64,000 bases of DNA, from IMG/VR virus record IMGVR_UViG_3300047157_000197, positions 211,971-275,970 of that record, one strand, 5' to 3'. Both the position numbers and the translations under genes were made by a program. Numbering within the stretch: position 1 is the first letter of the stretch; the number at the start of each line of letters is the position of its first letter. Below the pieces are notes generated by a model that saw nothing but the letters and a program-made list of their open reading frames with translations, was not told where the DNA came from and did not search any database. This document shows positions 10,459 to 20,215 of the stretch, piece by piece.

Positions 10459-10836
10459 ATGAAAAAAATATTAACATTACTTAGTTTGGTTTTAATAATG
10501 GGTTGTTACCAAGATGATGATTTAGTAACACTTTATCCAGACCAAGAAGTACCACAATCTTTACAGATTAAAGATTTGATTGGTATTAAATTAGAAAACA
10601 CTATCGTAACTGATAGAGTTGCGATGAATGTAAAATTACCACTTGATGGTAAATATAGAATAAAGATTAGACATGGTATGACCAATGAACTAATCTCACA
10701 AGAGATGATAACTGCTGGTGAGGGTGATAACCTTCTTAAAGTGTATGTTGCATCTTTAGAGAAAAGTGGTTATGTGATTCAATTAACAGATGAATTTCAT
10801 AATATATTAGGAAATCAGTCTTTCGTAGTAAATTAA
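10459..10836 (+). CDS. small lipoprotein with T9SS CTD-like Ig domain
   Basis: Lipobox IMG-C; YRIKI...GDNLLKVYVASLEKSGYVIQL pattern. Confidence 0.5.
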   Translation: MKKILTLLSLVLIMGCYQDDDLVTLYPDQEVPQSLQIKDLIGIKLENTIVTDRVAMNVKLPLDGKYRIKIRHGMTNELISQEMITAGEGDNLLKVYVASLEKSGYVIQLTDEFHNILGNQSFVVN

Positions 10837-10837
10837 A

Positions 10838-10975
10838 ATGTTAAATAGTATATTTTTAGTGTCAGTTGGATTTATTACAATGTGGTTAGTATGTAAGTAC
10901 GAAATAACAAAATGTAAAATTGGTAAATCATGTGATTGTAAAGAATGTAGAGAAAAAAGGAGAGCAAAATTATGA
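10838..10975 (+). CDS. small membrane protein with Cys-rich tail
   Basis: 45-aa ORF read by eye: one TM then CxCxxC. Confidence 0.4.
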   Translation: MLNSIFLVSVGFITMWLVCKYEITKCKIGKSCDCKECREKRRAKL

Positions 10976-11274
10976 GTGAAAAAAAAGAAGGATTCTTTGC
11001 ACAAATAAAGAATCAAGTAATAGCTGGGGTTGGTATAGTACTAACTACATTGGGTGGTGTTTTTATAGATGAGGTTAAATCATTTGTAGGAATAGAAGAT
11101 GATTCAGAACCACAAACTGAGGTTGTACAAGAAAACAATCAATCAGTAAATGTAGAAGGACCTACTATCGTAGTAAACATACCAGAACAACAGGTAAAAG
11201 AAAAAGTAATTATCAAGGAAGTTAAAGTTCCTGTTAAGAAGAAAAAAGAAAAAGAACAAGAAATTGATTGGTAA
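10972..11274 (+). CDS. single-TM hypothetical protein
   Basis: One hydrophobic helix, GGAG upstream. Confidence 0.6.
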   Translation: MSEKKEGFFAQIKNQVIAGVGIVLTTLGGVFIDEVKSFVGIEDDSEPQTEVVQENNQSVNVEGPTIVVNIPEQQVKEKVIIKEVKVPVKKKKEKEQEIDW

Positions 11275-11292
11275 TTTAAATAAAGGAGAAAA

Positions 11293-11520
11293 ATGAGTAG
11301 TTTCAAAAAATGGTGGAAAGTAAATGGACAAGGTATCGGATTTATAGCTGGTATAGTGTTTCTAAATGCTTACTTTTTAATATTAGGTGATTTAATGAAC
11401 AAACACGAATGGTTAGCTGGTGTTTGGTTATTATGTTTCTTTGGATTTGCAGGATGGTATTCTTGGCAAATGAAGATTCATGGTTGGAGATTGCCTAAGG
11501 ATATAAAAGATACCCACTAA
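11293..11520 (+). CDS. small 2-TM membrane protein
   Basis: Two hydrophobic segments; AAGGAG upstream. Confidence 0.6.
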   Translation: MSSFKKWWKVNGQGIGFIAGIVFLNAYFLILGDLMNKHEWLAGVWLLCFFGFAGWYSWQMKIHGWRLPKDIKDTH

Positions 11521-11556
11521 CGTTTAATATTAATACATGGAGAACAATGATAAACA

Positions 11557-11751
11557 ATGGAAGTAATAAAACAAATTTTCGGAGATAAAATGTCAGACTA
11601 TAAAATAGTTGATATTATGTTGAAAATATGGGTTGCTGGTTTATTATCTATGGTTGTACTTGGTTTAGTTGCTGTGATTAGTCACATCATCATGAACCCA
11701 TCATCAGTAGATAACGCAACATTTGGTGTATTTGATACACTAGGGAGTTAA
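11557..11751 (+). CDS. small membrane protein
   Basis: One TM; start uncertain. Confidence 0.5.
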   Translation: MEVIKQIFGDKMSDYKIVDIMLKIWVAGLLSMVVLGLVAVISHIIMNPSSVDNATFGVFDTLGS

Positions 11752-11854
11752 ATATGAAAAGAATTATAGAATTAATAATCAAGATAGATGATTGGGTAAT
11801 GAAATCATTATATGATATATATCCAGAATTAACCAAACATCAGAAAGATAAAAA

Positions 11855-12574
11855 ATGAGAAATATATTTATTTTAATTTTATGTGTATTATTCACACAAA
11901 ATACTATTGCACAAACTGTTGGTAAAATCAAGGCAGAAACATATCAAGCTGAATTTGAAAAAAAGAAATCAATTGATGATGTATCTGATTACGATGGTCC
12001 ATATATTCCTATAGCTTTACTTAATATATCTGCTAGTGATGGGGTTTACGAAATGTGGCCTGAGTTAAAGGATGCTAGAGTAGGTTTAGGTGTAACAAAC
12101 ATGGTAATAGAGTACTTGGATTGGACAAACAGATTCGAGTTCGTAGAGGAGAAGTCAGAGATTAAGGATAGAATGAAAAATCAATGGGTTGCATCAAGAA
12201 AGGGTGTTTCTCAAAATGAAGTTTATGGAATGGGTAAAGTAATGTTGGCGAATTATTTCGTTACAATAGAGATTTACGATTTCTCAGTTTCAGAAGATGA
12301 GGTTTTATCTTTAAAAGATGGTTCTAAACAAACACAAACAACTCGTTTAGGGTTGCAAGTTCGTTTTACTAATGCCGAGAATGGTACTTACTTTGTAGGT
12401 TCTGGTCTAGGTGAAGCAAATACAGTTAAGACTCAAGAGGGTTTGCTGGGATTAGATTTGGAGGAAATAAACTTCAGACAATCAGCAATTGGGGTAACTA
12501 CCAGAAAAGCATTAGAAACGGCTTCAGCAAGAATAGTAGCAAGAATGATTAGAAAAAAAATATTTCCAAACTAA
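11855..12574 (+). CDS. CsgG/HfaB family protein (curli secretion-channel-like)
   Basis: Signal peptide; GVTNMVIEYL..TNRFEFVEE, ANYFVTIEIYDF, LGLQVRFTNAENG match the CsgG fold pattern. Confidence 0.7.
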   Translation: MRNIFILILCVLFTQNTIAQTVGKIKAETYQAEFEKKKSIDDVSDYDGPYIPIALLNISASDGVYEMWPELKDARVGLGVTNMVIEYLDWTNRFEFVEEKSEIKDRMKNQWVASRKGVSQNEVYGMGKVMLANYFVTIEIYDFSVSEDEVLSLKDGSKQTQTTRLGLQVRFTNAENGTYFVGSGLGEANTVKTQEGLLGLDLEEINFRQSAIGVTTRKALETASARIVARMIRKKIFPN

Positions 12575-12577
12575 TGA

Positions 12578-14353
12578 ATGAGAAAACTACTATCGATACT
12601 TGCATTTTGGTTCATAACTAATCTTAGTTATGGACAAACATTCACACAGACATTTGTAGATAGATGTACTGGTGAAGTACAAGTTGTTACCGCTAATTTT
12701 ACAAGTGGTTCTGCTATCGTATCCTTTTACAACGAAGCTAAATTATTCACATACACACAATATACTAATGGTGAACTCCAACAATGGTTAGTTCAGAAAT
12801 ATGCATGGTGGGCTGCACTATCCCCATGTTCATCTGCGAGTAACGCAACCAACAACGCTAATAATACTGCAAACAACGCAACCAATAATACCAATTCAGG
12901 TTCAAGTGGTTCTAGTGGTGGTGGAGATAGTGGTTCAAGTGGTTCATCAGGTGGTAGTGGAGATAGTGGTGGTGGAAGTGGAGATTCAGGCGGTGGAGGT
13001 TCTGATGGTGGAAGTGGAGATTCTGGTGGCGGTGGTTCTGATGGCTCTGATGGTGGTGGTGGAGATTCTGATGGAGGAGGAGGCGATTCCGATGGCGGGG
13101 GTGGTGATTCCGATGGTGGCGGTGATTCCGATGGTGGAGATAGTGATGGTGGGTCTGGTGATTCCGATTCTGATGGTGGAGATAGTGATGGTGGAGATAG
13201 TGATTCTGATTCTGATGGTGGAGATAGTGATTCCGATTCCGATAGTGATTCTGATTCCGATAGTGATTCTGATTCCGATAGTGATTCTGATTCTGACTCT
13301 GATGGCGATAGTGATGATGATTCTGATTCTGACTCTGATGGCGATAGTGATGATGATTCTGATGGGGATTCTGATGATGATTCCGATGGAGATAGTGATG
13401 ATGAATCTGATGATGATTCCGATAGTGATGAAGATTCTGATGAATCTGATGAAGATAGTGAAGAAAGTGATGAGGAAGATAGTGAAGAAGAATCCGATGA
13501 AGAAGAAAAGGAAGAGGAAGAAGAAAGTGATGAAGAAGAGGAAGAAGAAGAAAAAGAGGAAGAAGAGGAAGAAGACGATGAAGAAGAAGATGAGGAAGAA
13601 GAAGATGAGGAAGATGAGGAAGATGAGGAAGACGAAAAAGATGAAGAAGATGAGGAAGAAGAAGAAGAAAAGAAAAAGAAATTTATGCCAATAGTATTGA
13701 AGGCAGATGTAATGTCAATGCAAGCTCTAACAAGAGAATACAACCAAGTTCTTGCAATTGGAGCATCACAAGCATCAATCTATGGTGATATAACAAATAC
13801 AGCAACTTTACAAGTATATGATAACTTAAAACAAGTTGGGTTATCATTGGGTAGAAGTAAAGTAAGTTTGAATGAAAATTATCAAGTAACTTGGGTAGAT
13901 GGAGCAAACGTATCTTATATGAGAAATTATCAGATGAACTCAACTACATTATCTCTCAGTAGAATGAAACCAATGGGTAAGTATGGAACTGTTGGATTGG
14001 GTGTTAGTTATTCATTTATGTTTGGTAAAGATGCTCTTGGAAATACAATGCCAAAAATGGGTACTATGGGATATAATGTTCTTTATACAAATATGGTAAA
14101 AATAAATGATAGAATAATGTACACACCAGCATTGATTGGTGCACAAAACCCATTATCTTATACAGAAAAAGTTGAGGGGTTCGATGCCTTTTCATCAACA
14201 TCAAAAGATTTTATAGGAATCCTTGCAAATTCCTTTACAATACAATTAACAAAAAGTTTTTCGTTTAATGCAGGTTGGACGATAATTTATAGTAGTAATG
14301 AGTTTGTTCCAATTATGAATTCGTTTATGATAGGAGCAAAGTTACCCTTTTAA
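12578..14353 (+). CDS. exported protein: N-terminal domain, Gly/Ser/Asp then Asp/Glu stalk, C-terminal beta-barrel-like domain
   Basis: Signal peptide; about 260 aa of low complexity; about 220 aa of amphipathic strands ending in terminal Phe (GAKLPF). Confidence 0.65.
   Translation: MRKLLSILAFWFITNLSYGQTFTQTFVDRCTGEVQVVTANFTSGSAIVSFYNEAKLFTYTQYTNGELQQWLVQKYAWWAALSPCSSASNATNNANNTANNATNNTNSGSSGSSGGGDSGSSGSSGGSGDSGGGSGDSGGGGSDGGSGDSGGGGSDGSDGGGGDSDGGGGDSDGGGGDSDGGGDSDGGDSDGGSGDSDSDGGDSDGGDSDSDSDGGDSDSDSDSDSDSDSDSDSDSDSDSDSDGDSDDDSDSDSDGDSDDDSDGDSDDDSDGDSDDESDDDSDSDEDSDESDEDSEESDEEDSEEESDEEEKEEEEESDEEEEEEEKEEEEEEDDEEEDEEEEDEEDEEDEEDEKDEEDEEEEEEKKKKFMPIVLKADVMSMQALTREYNQVLAIGASQASIYGDITNTATLQVYDNLKQVGLSLGRSKVSLNENYQVTWVDGANVSYMRNYQMNSTTLSLSRMKPMGKYGTVGLGVSYSFMFGKDALGNTMPKMGTMGYNVLYTNMVKINDRIMYTPALIGAQNPLSYTEKVEGFDAFSSTSKDFIGILANSFTIQLTKSFSFNAGWTIIYSSNEFVPIMNSFMIGAKLPF
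12896..13670 (+). repeat. coding low-complexity repeat: (GGGDSD)n, (SD)n, poly-D/E
   Basis: gattct/gatagt/gattcc hexamers then gaagaa/gatgag runs. Confidence 0.95.
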
Positions 14354-14362
14354 GGAGATAAT

Positions 14363-14893
14363 ATGAGAAAAATAGATTTTAAATTAGTAGTAATAGGTAT
14401 ATTGATAGGAGTATCAGTATGGCAATTTTTAAACCCAACAATACAAGAAGTAGAAAAGATTAAAGAAATCGAAGTACTTCAGACTGTAATTGATAGTATC
14501 TATGTTGAAAAACTGATAGAGAAGAAAGTTTTTGTACCAAAGTATATTACAAAAATAAAAAGAGATACTATAATCAAAGAAGTAATTGTAGAAAAAATTA
14601 AAACTAAAATCAAAAAGGTTTATATAGATAAACCATATGAAGTAATCGTACCGAAGTATGAATTACCAGAATCAAAGTGGTATGCTGGATTTGCATATCA
14701 ATGGGATATGGAAAATTACTTTAGTGGAGCAAATGTACAAGTTTTACATAAATTCAAAAATGATAAAATGTTTAGTATAGATGTTGGATTTAGAAACGAT
14801 TTAATAGATTTAGAAAATAATCTTGGAAAATTAAGACCTTATGTTGGAGGAACAATATATTTCAGATTAGATAAACCAAAAGATAATTTTTAA
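14363..14893 (+). CDS. N-terminally anchored protein with beta-stalk and C-terminal beta strands
   Basis: TM, IEKKVFVP/DTII repeats, alternating-hydrophobic C-terminus. Confidence 0.55.
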   Translation: MRKIDFKLVVIGILIGVSVWQFLNPTIQEVEKIKEIEVLQTVIDSIYVEKLIEKKVFVPKYITKIKRDTIIKEVIVEKIKTKIKKVYIDKPYEVIVPKYELPESKWYAGFAYQWDMENYFSGANVQVLHKFKNDKMFSIDVGFRNDLIDLENNLGKLRPYVGGTIYFRLDKPKDNF

Positions 14894-16986
14894 TGAAGAA
14901 ACTTCTTTTCATATTATTACTGTTACCAACTTTAGTATTTGGTCAGACCGGTGCTGGTTATACTCCAAGTGGTGAAGGAAAAATAAATTATAAATCCTAC
15001 AAAACTCACTCTGGTAATGGTGCAGCATCATCTTATAATAGTGTATCATATAGTGGTGGAGCAGGTTCAACTGCTGAGTTTGATGCAATGGTTGATACAA
15101 ACCAACCAGGTACAACATTAACTCATGTTGGTGAAGCAACACCATGGAGTTCAGGTGGTTTAAATGGAGGACACCCACCGAGATGGGGTAATTCGTATTT
15201 TGCAATAGTTTATTCAGGTTGGTTCAAACCAAATAAAAATGGAACTTATAATTTCAAAACTTATGCAGATGATTCATCAGAAACTAGATATAGAGAAGTA
15301 GGAACTACTACTTGGCAAACAATTACATTTCAATGGGGTTGTTGTTCTAATCGATATGGTACTGCAAATTTAGATAATACTAAATGGTATGAATTTGAAT
15401 TTAGATACCAAGAATATGGTGGAGGGGATTATTACTATTTTGGTTATTCAATACCAGCAAATTCAAGTTCACCAAATTACAATTGGATAAGTTCCAATCA
15501 TCAATTTGGAACTTGGACAAATGTAGACCCAAGTGGTGGAACAACTACTACAACAGAACCCGAAGTTGATTTAGATTTAGAATTCCATTCTCAATTAGCA
15601 CCAGAACAATATAGATTTGGTGTGTATTATGATGCATCAAATGAACAAGATGGTTCAACATATTTCAATACTTCTACAATGAATTCAAAATATTATTTAG
15701 ATGATGATGGAAGTAAAGATATAACTGATTATCTAAATTTGGTTAAGATGACTGATGGTTTGAAAGCAACCACAGAAAGTGGAAGTGTAGAGTGGGTAGT
15801 TTTATATCCATATGATTCTACAAACGATAGACATCGAATACTGATTGATGGTAGAGAATTTACTGCTACTAATCCTGATACAGACCCAAATGATTTAAAA
15901 TCATTACAATTACTTGATTTATATGATGGAACAATTACTGTTCATAGTGTAAGTGAGGGTTCGGGTGGTTGGCAACAATATTACATACCAGGTAATCTAA
16001 CAACTGCTATATCTAATAGTTCATATGGAAGTGGTGTGATTAGAAATGCTGGTAGTTATTTTGGTATTAGAGCAGAGTTCTCATTTGAAGATGTTGAAAT
16101 ATATAAAGGACATAAAATAGTTGTTAATAATCCATCTGATAATATAGAAGGGTGGACAGCTGAAGAATTTATGGATGATTACATTACAGTTGCAGATGTA
16201 GTTGCAGGATTTAATGAATTAGCAGGTGGTGGAATATTCGGTGGATATAAAGGAGATTTGAATGGAGTTCAATTACAAAACTCAGATGTTAATCAAGATG
16301 GTGAGTTTGATTTTCAAGATAGTCAAATAGGATTGGCTTTCTTAAATGGTGATGATACTCCTTTTAATGGTTACCTACAAGAGATAATGAGAATAGTTCC
16401 TAAATCAGAATACGATAATACTACAACTACTAATTGGAAAACACAAACAAATAAATCACCATCAACAAATTTTACCTTTAGTATTATAGATACGATACAA
16501 ACCTTAGAATATAAAGTTTCATTTATAGGTGATGTAAATCTTTCACATTCTGCACCACAATCAACAAGTTCACCTGGTACTCAATCAACATCAGTCAGAA
16601 ATTCATCTTCTCAAAAATCAAGTGAATTAGAAGTGTTGTTAGATATTGGTATGGAAGAAGATAAACTTGTGGTAACATTAGATGTACCACAAAACAATCA
16701 TAACATTGTAGGTTCTGAATTTAGAATAGGATATGATAACACTAGAGTGGAGTTTGATAGAATAGAAACTACTTCTAACTTACAATCATTTTCAGCTGAA
16801 AGAACAAACTACATAAAGTTAGGTTCTATATCTACTGATGGTTCTCAAAATTTAAATGGTGGTGTACAATATAAGATTTACTTTTCACCACAACAAACTT
16901 TTGAATCTATATTAGGATTACTATCAGTTACAAAATCAGAATTAGTAAAACAAAATGGGGGTGGAATAGACCATAAAATAAAATGA
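14893..16986 (+). CDS. secreted PA14 + dockerin-like + cohesin-like protein
   Basis: Signal peptide; PA14 motifs YSGWF, GTYNFKTYADDS, YQEYGGGD; ITVAD, SDVNQDGEFDFQDS, GDVNLSH; SEFRIGYDNTRVEF; C-terminal half paralogous to 8791. Confidence 0.7.
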   Translation: MKKLLFILLLLPTLVFGQTGAGYTPSGEGKINYKSYKTHSGNGAASSYNSVSYSGGAGSTAEFDAMVDTNQPGTTLTHVGEATPWSSGGLNGGHPPRWGNSYFAIVYSGWFKPNKNGTYNFKTYADDSSETRYREVGTTTWQTITFQWGCCSNRYGTANLDNTKWYEFEFRYQEYGGGDYYYFGYSIPANSSSPNYNWISSNHQFGTWTNVDPSGGTTTTTEPEVDLDLEFHSQLAPEQYRFGVYYDASNEQDGSTYFNTSTMNSKYYLDDDGSKDITDYLNLVKMTDGLKATTESGSVEWVVLYPYDSTNDRHRILIDGREFTATNPDTDPNDLKSLQLLDLYDGTITVHSVSEGSGGWQQYYIPGNLTTAISNSSYGSGVIRNAGSYFGIRAEFSFEDVEIYKGHKIVVNNPSDNIEGWTAEEFMDDYITVADVVAGFNELAGGGIFGGYKGDLNGVQLQNSDVNQDGEFDFQDSQIGLAFLNGDDTPFNGYLQEIMRIVPKSEYDNTTTTNWKTQTNKSPSTNFTFSIIDTIQTLEYKVSFIGDVNLSHSAPQSTSSPGTQSTSVRNSSSQKSSELEVLLDIGMEEDKLVVTLDVPQNNHNIVGSEFRIGYDNTRVEFDRIETTSNLQSFSAERTNYIKLGSISTDGSQNLNGGVQYKIYFSPQQTFESILGLLSVTKSELVKQNGGGIDHKIK

Positions 16987-17321
16987 GAAAGTATATAGTA
17001 TTAATATTGTTCGTTATACTATCTTGTCAACCAGAAGAGTTGATGATTGTAGAACCACTACCACAATACGAAATGATATTTGAAGAATCTGAATCATCAG
17101 TAACAGATGGACAAGAATTTTCTTTTGAAATAATATCAGAAGAAGAACATCATTTAGTTATATCAAAAGATGGTTCTGTTATTACAAAAGAATCATTTTT
17201 ACCTACACTTGAATTGAATACAAGAAAGATTTATACTAAATCACTTCCTACTGATTTGTTACAATTGGAACTAATTAACTCTAATGGTGTTATAAAATCA
17301 ACTTTTATACAAATATATTAA
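16983..17321 (+). CDS. small lipoprotein with T9SS CTD-like domain, paralog of 10459
   Basis: Lipobox ILS-C; NTRKIYTKSL aligns with NLLKVYVASL. Confidence 0.5.
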   Translation: MRKYIVLILFVILSCQPEELMIVEPLPQYEMIFEESESSVTDGQEFSFEIISEEEHHLVISKDGSVITKESFLPTLELNTRKIYTKSLPTDLLQLELINSNGVIKSTFIQIY

Positions 17322-17455
17322 TATTTATACAAAATGACTAACCTCATAACTCTACTTAAAATAATTGGAATATTGGTTATATTCTACATTATGGCAAATC
17401 GGTTTTTCAATTGGTTAGATAAGTAACATAAATTAAAGGAATATTATATAATACA

Positions 17456-17668
17456 ATGTCAACAAAATTAAAACCAAGTTCTAAAGAATATCTTAGAGTT
17501 AACAACAAACTAACAAACAAATTTGTAATTAAACATTATACACCATCAGGTACATCAACTGAAGAATTGAAAAAACTTTACAATTCAGATTCATATAAAA
17601 GAAAAAAAGAATTAATTAGAAAAGAATTAGTGAAACGAGGAGCATGGGAAAACTTAAAGAAAAAATAA
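17456..17668 (+). CDS. basic hypothetical protein
   Basis: ORF track. Confidence 0.6.
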   Translation: MSTKLKPSSKEYLRVNNKLTNKFVIKHYTPSGTSTEELKKLYNSDSYKRKKELIRKELVKRGAWENLKKK

Positions 17669-17829
17669 TTGAAAAAGGAAGTGGTTTAGTTGCTAAATCA
17701 AAAACTAAAAAACAATTAGAAAAAGTATTACCAAAACCTTTGGCCAAACAAATATCAAAAAAAGTTGGTAAAGGGGTAGAATCAATTACATCTAAGGCAA
17801 TTGATTTGTGGAATAAATTTAGTAAATAA
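17644..17829 (+). CDS. basic hypothetical protein
   Basis: ORF track. Confidence 0.5.
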   Translation: MGKLKEKIIEKGSGLVAKSKTKKQLEKVLPKPLAKQISKKVGKGVESITSKAIDLWNKFSK

Positions 17830-17840
17830 ACATAACTATA

Positions 17841-17848
17841 TATTTATA
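17841..17848 (+). promoter_or_regulatory. putative late-type promoter TA(T/C)TTATA (representative copy)
   Basis: Also at 17322, 18525, 20608, 21546, 22514, 30761, 32408, 61862, each shortly before a start codon and without the -33 box; TATTTATT variant at 8111. Confidence 0.5.
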
Positions 17849-17853
17849 GTAGT

Positions 17854-18501
17854 ATGTTCATATTCACAGAAGAAAATATAAAAGATATTAAGAATGCCGT
17901 TTACACAACAGATGGTATAAAGGATAAGCATGTGAAAAAGATTGAAGGAATCAAAGATGGTTTGTTCAAAGATTTTAATTACTCTAAATACAAAGTAAAA
18001 AATCCCCCTAAAAATAATTCAATGGTAGTTTATAATGAACTACAATTCTTAAAAGATTTACCAGAAGATGATGCATATGTTGAAGAACATGATGATATTG
18101 AAAAAGTATTTGAGCAAGTTTGTAAAGAAAACAACGTAGAATATCCAAAGGAACTCGTAGAGAGTTTAATCAAATCAGCCGCTGGTATTATATTAGATTT
18201 AAAATATCACTATAATAGACCAAGACCATTTCAACTTTCTAGCCATTATAATATTAAATTAGGTGAAAAAGTATTGGAATCAATGAAAACACCATCATAC
18301 CCATCAGGACATTCAGCACAAGGTATTTTAGTAGGGAAGGTACTACAAACTAAATTACCAATCAATACAGATGCCTTTTTGGAAGCAGGAAAACGAATAT
18401 CATATAGTAGAAATATAGGAAGAGCACACTATCCATCTGATTCAAGAATGGGTGAGATTATTGGTGATGTTATGTTTAACCATATAAAGCACAAGATTTA
18501 A
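17854..18501 (+). CDS. PAP2/vanadium haloperoxidase-superfamily phosphatase
   Basis: KYHYNRPRP, SYPSGH, SRNIGRAHYPSD. Confidence 0.85.
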   Translation: MFIFTEENIKDIKNAVYTTDGIKDKHVKKIEGIKDGLFKDFNYSKYKVKNPPKNNSMVVYNELQFLKDLPEDDAYVEEHDDIEKVFEQVCKENNVEYPKELVESLIKSAAGIILDLKYHYNRPRPFQLSSHYNIKLGEKVLESMKTPSYPSGHSAQGILVGKVLQTKLPINTDAFLEAGKRISYSRNIGRAHYPSDSRMGEIIGDVMFNHIKHKI

Positions 18502-18557
18502 ATAATTATTTACAAATACTTTTATACTTATATAGTATAGAACATTAAGGAATTAAT

Positions 18558-19163
18558 ATGAAATTATCAGAATTTAAAGAAGCAGTTAAAAATGTACTTA
18601 GAGAAAGAAGTATAAATGCTATCTCAAAACTACAACAAAGAAATATTGAGAATATTGCATCTGCATTAGAGTTCTACAAAAAGAACAAACATACCGATAA
18701 AAAAGAACCATTTATCAAATTACTTAAAAAACTAGGTAAAGAGAAAGCAGCTCTAGCAAAAGAACTTGATATGAAAGTTAGTGGTATGTACAAAAACGCA
18801 GAGTATAAAGGAGAATCAGTAAACGAAGGAAGTGATATATACATTAACAACAGAATTCAAATTACTAAATTTTCTGGTGGTAAAGACGGTAAACTGATTC
18901 AAATTAACGCACCAAAAATACAAGGTTCTGGTGACCATATTATTATGAAGATAGATGATTTTAAAAAAATGTTAAAAAAATCATCTAACTTATTAAAACA
19001 AGTACAAGAATCAGTAAACGAAGGACCATCTTCTGAAGAAAAAAGAATTGCAATGTTAGCAGTTAAGAAACAAGCTAAATACAGAAATGTAAGTTTATCT
19101 CAAGCAATTCAAGACCAAATAAATGCATTAGAAGAATTAAAAAGACAATATAAAGGAAAGTAG
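18558..19163 (+). CDS. modular hypothetical protein with ESVNE linkers (putative internal virion protein)
   Basis: MKLSEF...VLRE leader; two ESVNEG linkers. Confidence 0.6.
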   Translation: MKLSEFKEAVKNVLRERSINAISKLQQRNIENIASALEFYKKNKHTDKKEPFIKLLKKLGKEKAALAKELDMKVSGMYKNAEYKGESVNEGSDIYINNRIQITKFSGGKDGKLIQINAPKIQGSGDHIIMKIDDFKKMLKKSSNLLKQVQESVNEGPSSEEKRIAMLAVKKQAKYRNVSLSQAIQDQINALEELKRQYKGK

Positions 19164-19495
19164 TGATTAAACTAAAAAACATATTATCTGAAAGTAAAGT
19201 AGAATTAGGTAAAGTTTATTCTAATCCTTATGCAACTGCATTCAAACCACAAAATACGATTAAAGAAGAAGAGATAAAAGAAGATGACCATGAAGTAGGT
19301 ATGGGATTATCATCCTTAAAATCATCTGTTCGTTCCGCTAAAATCATATATACTAATATCAAAAAACGTAACATTGAAGATTTAGATGGTTGGGTTCAAG
19401 AGAAAATGACCTTAGCATCCGATTATCTTAAGAGTGTTGCTGATTACATGGAAGATTTAGACGAATACGATAAAGATGGAACAAATACTAACTAA
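19163..19495 (+). CDS. hypothetical protein with MIKLKNILSE leader
   Basis: GTG start; DHEVGM, LDGWVQEK module. Confidence 0.65.
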   Translation: MIKLKNILSESKVELGKVYSNPYATAFKPQNTIKEEEIKEDDHEVGMGLSSLKSSVRSAKIIYTNIKKRNIEDLDGWVQEKMTLASDYLKSVADYMEDLDEYDKDGTNTN

Positions 19496-19508
19496 TCATA
19501 ATCACATA

Positions 19509-20113
19509 ATGGAATTATTAGGAGCATTTTTAACCGGTGTAGTGGGACCAGTATTATATTTACTAATTAGTAGATATTTACAGAAACAAAAAGAAAAGAC
19601 TAGAGATATCGTAAAAGAAAATATTCAAGTGTTTCCTTAATTTCAAATGAACTTGAAGAAATCAGAGAAGAATTCAAAGGAGATAGAGTTTGGATTGCTC
19701 AGTTTCATAATGGTGGTAACTTCTACCCCACAGGTAAATCAATCCAAAAATTCTCAATATTCTATGAAGTAACCAAAATTGGTATATCTTCGGTATCTCA
19801 TACCTTTAATAATATACCTTGTTCACTTTACCCTAAAACATTTGAACATACAATGGATGGAAATAATATTTATATTCCAGATTTCAAAGACCCTAAAATT
19901 GCAACCTATGGATTAAAAGGAGCAGCAGAATCTGTTGGTACAAAATCTACATACTTAGTACCACTATTTACCTTAGATGATAAGTACATCGGAAACATAG
20001 GAATTGATTATGTTAGTAAGAAAAAGAAAATGACCAAAGATGATTGGGAACATTTCCAAATCAAAGCTGGTAGAATAGCAGGATATATTTCAAACCACTT
20101 ATCTGCTAACTAA
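19509..20113 (+). CDS. TM + GAF-like protein, holin-like candidate (one-base deletion near 19625)
   Basis: MELLGAF TM at 19509; adding one T at atattcaagt gives a continuous frame ...DRVWIAQFHNGG... into the 19853 ORF. Confidence 0.55.
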
Positions 20114-20154
20114 AATACCCTTATTTATACTCATTATAAACTACAAAAATAATC

Positions 20155-20207
20155 CACTTTTTATTAGGTTTTCTCGTTTATTTTCACTATATTTACTATG
20201 TAAATAA
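20155..20207 (+). promoter_or_regulatory. repeated promoter cassette (copy at 35584-35636)
   Basis: cactttttattagg-N7-gtttattttcactatatttactatgtaaataa in both. Confidence 0.8.
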
Positions 20208-20215
20208 TCTAAAGT

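Noticed and set aside
12793-13743. Long overlapping ORFs 12793..13743 (-) and 12801..13694 (+)
   Set aside because: Shadow frames of the GAT/TCT/GAA repeat in 12578
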